A model generated the notes under the pieces. It did not search any database and had not been told where the DNA came from. It saw only the letters and a list, made by a program, of their open reading frames with translations. Below, in pieces: positions 19,701 to 28,174 of a DNA stretch of 43,887 bases. Both the position numbers and the translations under genes were made by a program. The first letter of the stretch is position 1; every line of letters starts with the position of its first letter. The stretch comes from Candidatus Latescibacterota bacterium. Lineage in GTDB: Bacteria > Latescibacterota > UBA2968. Location of the stretch: NCBI GenBank assembly GCA_038279365.1, contig JAYODI010000002.1, positions 44,497 to 88,383 on the forward strand, given 5' to 3'.

Positions 19701-19916
19701 GGCCTAACGCCCATCCTCTTAGAAAAAAGCCTTCAGGCTCAGTTTTTAATTCCCATGGCCACATCACTTGGGTTTGGCGTATTGTTTGCCACATTTATCA
19801 CATTGATCCTTGTGCCGGTGTTATACAACATCATTGAAGACATTCTCGATTTTACATATCGGCTTTTAGGCAAAGAACGGGGTGAATTTCGAGAAGAACT
19901 GCAAGCCGCAGATTAA
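16701..19916 (+). CDS. RND efflux permease (AcrB/AcrD/AcrF family)
   Basis: ATG 16701 (SD GGAGG, ATGA overlap); WFAKNSVAANLLM, GIVVDDAIIVGEN and RFRPILLT motifs. Confidence 0.96.
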   Translation: MRQAVEWFAKNSVAANLLMILILGGGLFMIPSIRMEVFPEFSADMINVSVVYRGAAPQEVEEAVNVRIEEAVQGLEGIKRVTSTASENRGTVSIEAINGTDVRKLLDDVKARVDAIDTFPDETEKPVITEVIPRRQVINIAVSGPASERTLKVIGEQVRDDISSIPGITQVELKNARPYEIAIEVSENDLRRYGLTFDEVARAVRAHSIDLPGGSIRTEGGEILLRTKGQAYRGPQFEAIVLRTQPDGTHLTLGEVAHVVDGFAETDQTASFDAEPSVLVQVYRVGDQNALDITDKVKAYIEEANTRLPEGIQLTVWADFSRILTGRLDLMLRNGRMGFILVFIVLTLFLRLRLAFWVALGIPISFLGAVSMMPGLDASINLISLFAFIVVLGIVVDDAIIVGENIYRHYQMGKRGLTAAIDGVREVYIPVIFAVLTSIAAFSPLLLVSGSIGKIMKLIPEIVILALIFSLIESLFILPAHLAHSNMDSEVQGSKESRWHHNISAPWQKFQDYFASGLLAFVEKYYRPSVEFALKWRYATLAWGISTLVITVGLVGGGWIKFTFFPKIDADNVVAMLTMPQGTSPEVTRAAVKRLESTALQLRDQLEQDKPGSIFRHVLAAVGEQPFRTAQSQNGGSAGASFSAAHLGEVNIELQPSEERDISSTELANMWRALNGPIPDAVELTFSSSLFSSGEPVNIQFSGPDYDELKIVSAKLKQKLAEYPGVIEITDSFRSGKQEVNLSLTREAEVLGLTLVDLARQVRQAFYGEEAQRIQRGRDDIRVMVRYPESERKSLGNLEEMRIRTPDGKEVPFSVAAKAELGRGYASIQRADRKKVINVTADVDSKIANANEILADVTNTVLPQILADHPRIRFDLEGEQREQRETMAGLSQGFLLAMLIIYILLAVPFKSYVQPIIVMIAIPFGIVGAAWGHAILGMDLTIMSMFGIVALAGVVVNDSLVMVDFINQQRATGLSVKKSIREAGVARFRPILLTSVTTFAGLTPILLEKSLQAQFLIPMATSLGFGVLFATFITLILVPVLYNIIEDILDFTYRLLGKERGEFREELQAAD

Positions 19917-19923
19917 GACAAAC

Positions 19924-19959
19924 AAAAAAGAGCCAGTTGCTAAAGCAACTGGCTCTTTT
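19924..19959. terminator. Bidirectional intrinsic terminator
   Basis: A6-GAGCCAGTTGCT-aa-AGCAACTGGCTC-T4 between convergent genes. Confidence 0.9.
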
Positions 19960-19998
19960 GAGTTACATACATCATAGTACTTTTCGTTTCTTTATGGT

Positions 19999-20514
19999 TT
20001 ACATATCATCTTCTGCCATATTTCCCCACAATGAAAAGGTAATGCCCAAAGTTCCAACCAAGCCTTGGAACGCATTGTTATCGGCCTCCAAACCTTTCAT
20101 TTGAAAAAATACCCCCATACGCTCATTTAAAGGAAATTTATACCCCACGTGCAAACCGTAGATGCGCTCCGAAACCCCATCGGCAATGACCACGCCATAC
20201 GTACCACCAAAATAGAGGATGTGTGTGCGCCGATCGCGCATGGCCACCGCCCAACTCAACATCCCCCCCATCATCTGAGTTGCAGGTTTACCCGCAGCGA
20301 CCTCGTAGAAGGGTGACACAATAAAAACACCGGGTGGGCGAATATCTGCCGACACATGTAAACCAACCCCAGAAGTCTCAAATCTTGGACGTGGGGAATC
20401 ATTGTATAAAAATGCCCCTCCAGCCTTGAACCCGTCAAACCACCCTGCTTGTGCAACCGAAGAAGATACCAACACACCCAAAAGAGCAACAAAACCAACC
20501 ACCCAACGTTTCAT
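19999..20514 (-). CDS. Secreted protein, probable small outer-membrane beta-barrel
   Basis: Signal peptide ending AQA; alternating Gly/aromatic strands (LYFGGTYG, YGLHVGYKF, GTLGITF). Confidence 0.6.
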   Translation of the reverse strand: MKRWVVGFVALLGVLVSSSVAQAGWFDGFKAGGAFLYNDSPRPRFETSGVGLHVSADIRPPGVFIVSPFYEVAAGKPATQMMGGMLSWAVAMRDRRTHILYFGGTYGVVIADGVSERIYGLHVGYKFPLNERMGVFFQMKGLEADNNAFQGLVGTLGITFSLWGNMAEDDM

Positions 20515-20625
20515 TCTTTCTCCTTTCCAATAGCGTTCAGCCCATAAACTCGGCTCAATTTGTTTTCACGCACCAACCCACCAAAGGGTTCCCTTTACGC
20601 CTTAAAATACGACACATGACAATAC

Positions 20626-20655
20626 AAAAAGCCGGTCACTTGCGCAACCGGCTTT
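20626..20655 (-). terminator. Intrinsic terminator after the copper operon
   Basis: Minus strand AAAGCCGGU-loop-ACCGGCUUUUU, about 50 nt after the 20708 stop. Confidence 0.7.
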
Positions 20656-20707
20656 CTTTCGTCCAAAGAGACAAAATATATCAAGCCCAAGGACTTATAC
20701 ATAATTA

Positions 20708-21067
20708 TTAGTGTTGGCCCACTTTGCAGCATTCTGGCAACTTTTCATACGCTTGGGCATCGGCTTTTTTGTCGTTTGCCGCATAACCCGATTTGACCAC
20801 CGCATCTTCAATTTTGGCCACCGTCACCTGATTGGCAACAAAAGCCACTTCCGCCTTTTTATTTTTTAAGTCAACCTTCACTTCTTTGACGCCTTCTACG
20901 CCCTTTAATGCGGTTGAAATGGTATTTTCACAAGCGCCACATTGCATGGTAGGCAACTGCACTTCGGTGGTGGTCGTTGCTTCCGTATTTGAAGAACAAG
21001 CCACCAAATTGGCCATGCCAACCGCAGCTGCCACCGCAAATGCCAACATCAAAATACGAGATTTCAT
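20708..21067 (-). CDS. Heavy-metal-associated (HMA) domain lipoprotein
   Basis: ATG 21067 after SD AAAGGAG; lipobox LVAC; metal site MQCGAC; C-terminal LPECCK. Confidence 0.88.
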   Translation of the reverse strand: MKSRILMLAFAVAAAVGMANLVACSSNTEATTTTEVQLPTMQCGACENTISTALKGVEGVKEVKVDLKNKKAEVAFVANQVTVAKIEDAVVKSGYAANDKKADAQAYEKLPECCKVGQH

Positions 21068-21148
21068 CAGAAACTCCTTTCTGACATTCTTCATTGAATG
21101 TCAAAAAATGAATTGAAAGGTATTCTTTAAAAAAGATACCCAAATGAA

Positions 21149-21373
21149 TTATTCGCCAACAGGTTCATACCCCAAGTCTACAATCTTTTGACGCACAACA
21201 GTCATATTGGGCATATTCCCCTTATAATAAACAACCACGGAATCTGTGTTTGAATCGGCCTTTACTTTGACTACGCCCTCCGTACCTTCCAACCCTTTTT
21301 CTACCGTCTGCTCACAATGCGAACAAGACATGCCCTTCACCGTGATCTTTTCCTGTTTCTTTCCAAACAACAT
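21149..21373 (-). CDS. CopZ-like cytoplasmic copper chaperone
   Basis: GMSCSHC motif and C-terminal GY; ATG 21373 after SD AGGAGG; no signal peptide. Confidence 0.9.
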   Translation of the reverse strand: MLFGKKQEKITVKGMSCSHCEQTVEKGLEGTEGVVKVKADSNTDSVVVYYKGNMPNMTVVRQKIVDLGYEPVGE

Positions 21374-21387
21374 ACCCACCTCCTTTC

Positions 21388-22713
21388 TTAATGCCTGTGC
21401 CCTTGCAAGAGCGATGGAACATCTTTCTCTGATGGATTTTTTTGATGCCCATCCCCCCCATCTAAGGGTCTATTCATCATGCTGTAATTTCCACTTAGCT
21501 GAGCCGCTGCATCAATGGCAAATACGCCTTGTGTGACCACACGCGTGCCTTCTGTGGCACCCTTTTCTACGACATACCAATCACCTGTTCGGGGTCCCAA
21601 AACCACTTCCCGCATCTCAAAAGCAGGTGTGTCTTTCTGAGATAAGTCCACATAAACAACAGAGCGTTTGCCCGTCCACAAAACAGCAGATTTGGGAATC
21701 ACCAGAACAGGATTGGAAACAGAAGATTTGATTTGAGCATTGACAAATAAGTCTAATTTCAGTGCCAAGTCTGGGTTGGTTGCTACTGCCCGAATGGACG
21801 CGGTGCGTGTTTGTGGATTGATAACAGGATCAATAAATGTCACCTTCGATGCAAATACTTTACCAGGTAAAGAAGCCACTTCAAAATCCACCTGACTGCC
21901 AGTCTTAATCCAAGGCAAATCGTCTTCATATGCATCTAACAAAACCCACACCTCTCGCAAATCTGCAATTTCAAACAAGGCACTGCCTCGACTGACATGA
22001 TCACCCTCTGTAACCGTTCTCTTGAGCACCACGCCCGACACATCCGCAAACACATCAAATTCTGTGACAATTTCGCCCGTTTCCTCAATATGATCCATCT
22101 GCTTTTCGGTTATCTTCCACAATCGCAATCGCTCACGTGCAGCTTGATAAAGTATGTTGTTCGATAATTTGTTTTTTGCCGTTTCCAATAATTCTTGCTG
22201 TGCCGTCATCAACTCTGGCGAGTAGATGGTGGCCAATTTGTCGCCTTTTTGAACATTCTGCCCCGTAAAATCTACATAAAGATTTTCAATTCTGCCTGCA
22301 TAATGAGCCGTAATCACACGCAAACGCTGTTCATTTACAGCAACTTTCCCACTTAAAAACACTTGTGTCTCTGGGCGCAAATAAGTGACGGGTGAGGTTT
22401 GAATATGAGCCATTGCAACGGCTTCGGCAGACATATGGTAAACAAACGGACTCTCTGAACCATCTGATGTCACTTTTTCGCGCATGGGAATCAAATCCAT
22501 GCCACAAATAGGACATTGTCCGGGTTCACTTTGCCGAATTTGAGGATGCATAGAACACGTCCAAACGGTTCCTACATCTGCCAACATCCCATGATCGTGA
22601 ATAGGTACAGCCCCTCCCCACAACCAAGCACCTAACCACGCCCCAACCACAAGTGCCCCCACCACCCTCACAATCTGACTGCTTAGTATTTTTTTCATCA
22701 TATATACTTTCAT
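21388..22713 (-). CDS. cusB: CusB-like periplasmic adaptor with N-terminal heavy-metal-binding domain
   Basis: WTCSMHPQIRQSEPGQCPICGMDL domain, IYSPELMTAQQE and His-rich ends. Confidence 0.9.
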   Translation of the reverse strand: MKVYMMKKILSSQIVRVVGALVVGAWLGAWLWGGAVPIHDHGMLADVGTVWTCSMHPQIRQSEPGQCPICGMDLIPMREKVTSDGSESPFVYHMSAEAVAMAHIQTSPVTYLRPETQVFLSGKVAVNEQRLRVITAHYAGRIENLYVDFTGQNVQKGDKLATIYSPELMTAQQELLETAKNKLSNNILYQAARERLRLWKITEKQMDHIEETGEIVTEFDVFADVSGVVLKRTVTEGDHVSRGSALFEIADLREVWVLLDAYEDDLPWIKTGSQVDFEVASLPGKVFASKVTFIDPVINPQTRTASIRAVATNPDLALKLDLFVNAQIKSSVSNPVLVIPKSAVLWTGKRSVVYVDLSQKDTPAFEMREVVLGPRTGDWYVVEKGATEGTRVVTQGVFAIDAAAQLSGNYSMMNRPLDGGDGHQKNPSEKDVPSLLQGHRH

Positions 22714-22726
22714 TGAAATGGATCAC

Positions 22727-24121
22727 CTAACGCCCCATCAACCTTTCCAACTGGGCCACTGATACATTTTGATCGACAACGGCAGTCATATGTGCCAAAC
22801 GATACGCCAGTAACTTCGATTGCATTTGTAAAACACTTTCAAAGTCATTGCCACCTGCGCCATAAGACGCTGTTAAAATATTAAGTGCCTGATGGGCAAG
22901 TTGCGTTTGCCGTTCATAAAGTTCCCGTCGTCTTTCTGCGTCACGAAAATCTTTCAATGCTTCTTCCTGAATGATCATCAGCTTATTTTGCGTTTCACGA
23001 TGGTCTTCCATTACAGCATCTCTTTTCAACTGCACTTCATTAACTGCAGCACGATACTTCTTACGCCATATAGGAATATTCATCGAAACCATGGGCATCC
23101 ACATATCTTTGCCATTCATCGGATTGAGATTGCCAGCACGGGGTTTCAAAATGCCATATTGTGCCCCCACACCTATCATAGGCAAACCCATTTTTTGATT
23201 CATTTTTGCCTGAGCCAAAAACGCCTCTTCCTCAGCTTGTAACATGCCAAGCATCGGATTGTTTTGAAAAATGCTGTCAGGCATTTGCGCAAGAGGAACA
23301 GGCATGGGGGTGGCATGTAAAGAATCGTCCAGCACAACCTCCGTCTCTGATGGGCGATTTAATAACTTATTAAATTGCACCTGCAACACTTGCCGCGCAT
23401 CTGTGAGTAAGTACCGTTTATTTTCCAATTCTAAAATTTCCATCTGTATACGCAACACATCCACCAGACCACTGTTGCCTTGTCCTCCATCCATATTCCC
23501 TCTCATGGCATTGTCTGGGTTCATTTTAGGATCTTGGGGTGGTGTTGGCATTTGTTCCATGCCCCCCGATACATTCATGGGCGTTTGATCACCCCTTTCA
23601 ATTACACGTTTCGTGGCAGAACCTTCGGTTGCACCACTTTTAAAACGACTCAAGGCAATGGCCTCAAGTGTCTTCAATATCTTCAGATTCTCATCAGTAA
23701 TACGGCGTTCCTCTTCAAGCAAGTAAAGTGCATACCAAGTTGTCTTTGTTTCATATCTGATTGCCGATTTAACATCGAGAAAGGTATTGAACTTTGCTTT
23801 TGCCATAAGAGAAGCTTCATCTTTTGCCGCAGCGCGTGTACCAAACCACGGAAACATCTGCATTAACGAAATCTGCGCCACCTGATTGCCCATCATCTGC
23901 TCCATAGGTCTTAAAAAATACCCTAATGAAAGTTGTGGATCGGGCAATGCACCCACCTGTGGCACTTTCTGCAAAGCAGATTGATAGGTCAAAAATGCAG
24001 ACTTTAAACGCAAATTTTGCTCTACGGCCAATTCAAGATAACTGTCTAATTGTTGTCCGTAAGCTGGATACACAAGTATCCAACCCACCAAAAGAATTTT
24101 GAAACACACTGTTCGTTTCAT
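22727..24121 (-). CDS. TolC-family outer membrane protein of the heavy-metal efflux system
   Basis: Signal peptide, GALPDPQL and QMFPWFG motifs; ATGA overlap with the cusA stop; Met-rich internal loop. Confidence 0.9.
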   Translation of the reverse strand: MKRTVCFKILLVGWILVYPAYGQQLDSYLELAVEQNLRLKSAFLTYQSALQKVPQVGALPDPQLSLGYFLRPMEQMMGNQVAQISLMQMFPWFGTRAAAKDEASLMAKAKFNTFLDVKSAIRYETKTTWYALYLLEEERRITDENLKILKTLEAIALSRFKSGATEGSATKRVIERGDQTPMNVSGGMEQMPTPPQDPKMNPDNAMRGNMDGGQGNSGLVDVLRIQMEILELENKRYLLTDARQVLQVQFNKLLNRPSETEVVLDDSLHATPMPVPLAQMPDSIFQNNPMLGMLQAEEEAFLAQAKMNQKMGLPMIGVGAQYGILKPRAGNLNPMNGKDMWMPMVSMNIPIWRKKYRAAVNEVQLKRDAVMEDHRETQNKLMIIQEEALKDFRDAERRRELYERQTQLAHQALNILTASYGAGGNDFESVLQMQSKLLAYRLAHMTAVVDQNVSVAQLERLMGR

Positions 24122-27100
24122 TGTTTTTTCACCTGCCATTCTGCCTTTGCAGCATACAAAACAGGCACCACAAAAAGCGTAATCAGCGCAACAGCCATGC
24201 CCCCAAATGCAGGAATGGCCATAGGAATCATAATATCTGCTCCCCTACCACTGGAGGTGAGCACTGGCAACAATGCCAACAACGTCGTTGCCGTGGTCAT
24301 CAAACAAGGTCGCACCCGCTTCATACCCGCCACAAGCACAGTCTTGCGAACCTCAGCAACGGTTGTGGGTTGATGAGCATCAAAGCTCTGTTTTAAGTAG
24401 GTTGCTATCAGGACACCGTCATCAGTTGCAATACCAAACAAAGCGATAAACCCGACCCACACGGCCACACTCAAATTGAATGGGTGCATTTGAAATAAGG
24501 TGCGCATATGGGTGCCCATAAAGGAAAAGTTCATAAACCAATCTTGGCCATACAGCCACAACATCATGAACCCGCCTGAAAAGGCCAGTGCAATAGCAGA
24601 AAAAATCATCAAAGCTGTACTGACTGAACGGAATTGAAAATAAAGAATGAGAAAGATCACGGCCAACACAAGTGGAACAACAATGCCCAAACGTTTTTCG
24701 GCGCGCAATTGGTTTTCATAACTCCCCGAAAATTGATAACTCACATTGGGTGGCACAACAAGCTCACCCGATGCAATCTTTGCCTCAATAGATCGCTGTG
24801 CATCTTCAATTACCGTAACCTCTGCAAACCCATCTTTTTTGTCTAAAAGCACATACCCAACCAAAAACGTATTCTCACCGCGAATCATCATCGGGCCAGG
24901 GCGATAGACAATCGCCGTTACATCACCCAACAAAATCTGCTCGCCAGAAGCTGTAGAGATCAAAATGCGTTTCATCTTTTCGGGGTCATCGCGCCACTCG
25001 CGTGCATAACGTGCACGAATGGCGAACCGTTCGCGACCTTCCACTGTGGTGGTCAACGGCATGCCACCAATGGCCACCTCAATAACCTGTTGCACATCAT
25101 CCACCGTCAAACCATAACGCCCCATCGCTTGCCGATTCAGCTCTATTTCCAAATAGGGCTTGCCCAAGCTTCGATCTGCAAACACCGCTTCGGGTTTAAC
25201 CGATGGCACTTGCTTGAGCACGGTTTCCAATTGTAAACCAAACGCCTCTATGCTCTTTAAATCCGGCCCATAAACCTTAATACCCATTGGCGCGCGCATA
25301 CCTGTTTGCAACATCACCAACCGCGTTTCTATGGGCTGTAGCTTGGGAGCCGATGTCAACCCAGGAATATCGTTTGTCGCATTGACAATTTCATTCCAAA
25401 TATCATTTGGCGATTGGATATGATCGCGCCATTGTCGAACATATTCACCCTCTTCATCTGGGATATAATTGCCCTGATCATCGCGCACATAATCACCAGA
25501 TTGATCCACTCGAAAACGAATGGGATAGCCATTGATATCGGTTTTGTATTCACTTTTATACAAAATGACATTTTCAAACATTGACACGGGTGCAGGATCT
25601 AAAGCACTTGCCACACGTCCTGCTTTACCAACCACCATTTCTACTTCGGGAATGGCCTGCACACGCATATCTATTTGCTGCAAATATCTTCGGTTTGCAT
25701 CGACACCCGAATGAGGCATAGATGTGGGCATCAACAAAAAAGCACCTTCATCTAAAGCGGGCATAAACTCCTTACCCATCCCCGGAAATGCGTGGGTCAA
25801 AGTACTCCAAACAGTGGTCTTTCGAATACTTATACCCACATCACCCAATGCATTGGGTACCATACCCAGTATCCGATCAAACCCCTGCCAAATAACGCCC
25901 CCACACAAAATCATAACAACAGGAAACACGAGAAATGTTTTTTTGTTTTCCAACCCCCACCCCAACAAACGAGGGTAAAAAACAATAAATACCTTAAACA
26001 CACCAAGCACCAAACCCACCACCAGCAAAACAAATAAAAAATTCGCCACAGCCCCATTGCTCACGCCAAGTGGTCGCCACGCGTCGCCCAATATCCACGA
26101 CACCGCCACCGTCACAATACCAACAATGATGAAACGACCATATTGCAGAAAAAATTGGCCAATCACTTTTGACCCCATCTTTCCATCTCGTGCCAAGGCA
26201 ACCATCACACCATTTAAGCCCAAGGCAAGCAATACAAAACCACCCAAAGGAAACCACCCCATCACAAGCCCCCCCCCAATGACAACACATCCATTGAAAT
26301 ACAACCGATGAGGCACCCGTTTGCTCTTAAGAGAAAAAATCATATGTGCAAAAGCAGGCATCATAAACAATGCCACAAACAGTGCCGAAATAAGCGCAAA
26401 TGTTTTTGTAAATGCCAAAGGTCTAAAAAGTTTACCTTCGGCAGCTTGTAATGTAAACACGGGTAAAAAACTCACCACCGTTGTTGATACGGCAGTGACA
26501 ATAGCAGTGGCAACTTCGCAAGATGCATTATAAATCGTTGTCAGGAGCGATTGGCCATCAGGTGCTTCATCTTGATGGCGAATGATATTCTCACTCAAAA
26601 CGATGCCCAAATCGACCATGGTTCCAATGGCAATGGCAATGCCCGACAACGCCACAATATTTGCATCGACCTGCACATACCGCATCAGAACAAAACACAT
26701 CAGCACAGAAAGGGGCAACAATGCAGAAATTAATAAGGACGCACGCAAGTTGATCACCATCACAACAATGACAATGATCGTCACCAAAATTTGCAGGTTG
26801 ATGGCTTCATAAAGTGTGCCCAATGTTTCATAAATCAGATCGGTTCGATCATAAAACGGAACAACCGTCACCTTAGAAACACGCCCATCGGCCAATGTTT
26901 TTGTGGGCAACCCCGGTGAGATTTCTTTAATTTTGTTTTTGACCTGCTCAATCACGTGAAGCGGATTATCTCCATAACGTGCCACAACCACCCCACCCAC
27001 GGCTTCGGCACCGCCTTTGTCTAAAAAACCACTGTGCCCTCGTGGTGCTGGCCCAATATTGACACGGGCAATATCACGCACCCGCACTGGCACATTATCC

Positions 27101-27906
27101 ACAACCTTTACAACCGCTTGCTCAATGTCTTCCAACGACTTGACATACCCCAACCCCCTCACGTAATATTCGACCAAATTTAATTCAACCGTATTGGCCC
27201 CCACATCCAAATTGCTCTTTCGCAGCGCGTCAACAACTTGCATCAAACTGACATTGCGAGCCTTCATCGCAACAGGATCGAGATCTACCTGATACTCTTT
27301 TACAAAGCCACCAATAGAAGCCACTTCTGCCACGCCATCTGCCGAATTAAGCGCATAACGCACATAAAAATCTTGCACCGTACGCAATTCATGCAGATCC
27401 CACCCACCTGCTGGTTGGCCACTTTCATCTCGCCCTTCAAGCGTATACCAAAACACCTGCCCCAAAGCAGTTGCATCTGGGCCCAGTGCAGGTGACACAC
27501 CATCAGGCAGCATATCTTTGGGCAACGCGTTGAGCTTTTCCAAAACGCGTGACCGACTCCAATAATATTCGACATCTTCATCAAAAATGATGTAAATACT
27601 CGAAAACCCAAACATCGACGTACTGCGAATGCTTTTAACACTCGGCAACCCCAACAACGCCGTTGTTAAAGGATATGTAATTTGATCTTCGATATCTTGC
27701 GGACTGCGCCCCATCCACTCGGTAAAAACAATCTGTTGATTTTCACCCAAATCGGGAATGGCGTCTACGGGCACAGGGTCGCGTGGCAAAAAATCAACTT
27801 GCCAGTTAAAGGGCGCGGTGATAATGCCCCAACCAACCAACATCACCAACAAAAGCAACGTGACCAGTTTGTTTTCCAAAAAGAATTTGATGATAGAATT
27901 GAGCAT
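24118..27906 (-). CDS. cusA: CusA/SilA-type heavy-metal RND permease
   Basis: PVDAIPDLGENQQIVFTEW, LGPDATALGQ and AIGTMVDLGIVLSEN. Met residues occupy positions equivalent to the CusA Cu(I) triad (LLMPT, PVSMFE, RLVMLQTG). An alternative GTG start lies at 27927. Confidence 0.95.
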   Translation of the reverse strand: MLNSIIKFFLENKLVTLLLLVMLVGWGIITAPFNWQVDFLPRDPVPVDAIPDLGENQQIVFTEWMGRSPQDIEDQITYPLTTALLGLPSVKSIRSTSMFGFSSIYIIFDEDVEYYWSRSRVLEKLNALPKDMLPDGVSPALGPDATALGQVFWYTLEGRDESGQPAGGWDLHELRTVQDFYVRYALNSADGVAEVASIGGFVKEYQVDLDPVAMKARNVSLMQVVDALRKSNLDVGANTVELNLVEYYVRGLGYVKSLEDIEQAVVKVVDNVPVRVRDIARVNIGPAPRGHSGFLDKGGAEAVGGVVVARYGDNPLHVIEQVKNKIKEISPGLPTKTLADGRVSKVTVVPFYDRTDLIYETLGTLYEAINLQILVTIIVIVVMVINLRASLLISALLPLSVLMCFVLMRYVQVDANIVALSGIAIAIGTMVDLGIVLSENIIRHQDEAPDGQSLLTTIYNASCEVATAIVTAVSTTVVSFLPVFTLQAAEGKLFRPLAFTKTFALISALFVALFMMPAFAHMIFSLKSKRVPHRLYFNGCVVIGGGLVMGWFPLGGFVLLALGLNGVMVALARDGKMGSKVIGQFFLQYGRFIIVGIVTVAVSWILGDAWRPLGVSNGAVANFLFVLLVVGLVLGVFKVFIVFYPRLLGWGLENKKTFLVFPVVMILCGGVIWQGFDRILGMVPNALGDVGISIRKTTVWSTLTHAFPGMGKEFMPALDEGAFLLMPTSMPHSGVDANRRYLQQIDMRVQAIPEVEMVVGKAGRVASALDPAPVSMFENVILYKSEYKTDINGYPIRFRVDQSGDYVRDDQGNYIPDEEGEYVRQWRDHIQSPNDIWNEIVNATNDIPGLTSAPKLQPIETRLVMLQTGMRAPMGIKVYGPDLKSIEAFGLQLETVLKQVPSVKPEAVFADRSLGKPYLEIELNRQAMGRYGLTVDDVQQVIEVAIGGMPLTTTVEGRERFAIRARYAREWRDDPEKMKRILISTASGEQILLGDVTAIVYRPGPMMIRGENTFLVGYVLLDKKDGFAEVTVIEDAQRSIEAKIASGELVVPPNVSYQFSGSYENQLRAEKRLGIVVPLVLAVIFLILYFQFRSVSTALMIFSAIALAFSGGFMMLWLYGQDWFMNFSFMGTHMRTLFQMHPFNLSVAVWVGFIALFGIATDDGVLIATYLKQSFDAHQPTTVAEVRKTVLVAGMKRVRPCLMTTATTLLALLPVLTSSGRGADIMIPMAIPAFGGMAVALITLFVVPVLYAAKAEWQVKKQ

Positions 27907-28061
27907 GGCCTTACCAAAAAACAACACGTGACGGTCTCACAACACCCCCACAGAAGACCAGGTTTGTCGGCAAAGCTCGCAACAAACCAAAAGGGTTTGG
28001 CTTTGTCAGAAACCTACACAATACAAGAATATTAATGATGGTATACAGATATTGGAGAAAT

Positions 28062-28086
28062 AAAAAACGCCCAGGAGATTGGGCGT
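28062..28086 (-). terminator. Intrinsic terminator between the Cys-rich ORF and cusA
   Basis: Minus strand ACGCCCA-AUCUCC-UGGGCGU-UUUUUAUUU. Confidence 0.75.
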
Positions 28087-28174
28087 GATGCGCACAGTAA
28101 AATCATTTTATGGCAAAGTAAAACAGGCATGCCTGTCTATACCCGCATAATGATCCACGTGCGCAAAGGAAGAA

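Noticed and set aside
27960..28015. Possible c-di-GMP-I riboswitch suggested by GGCAAA/CAAACC words
   Set aside because: The order and spacing of the conserved elements do not fit; kept only as an unassigned hairpin.
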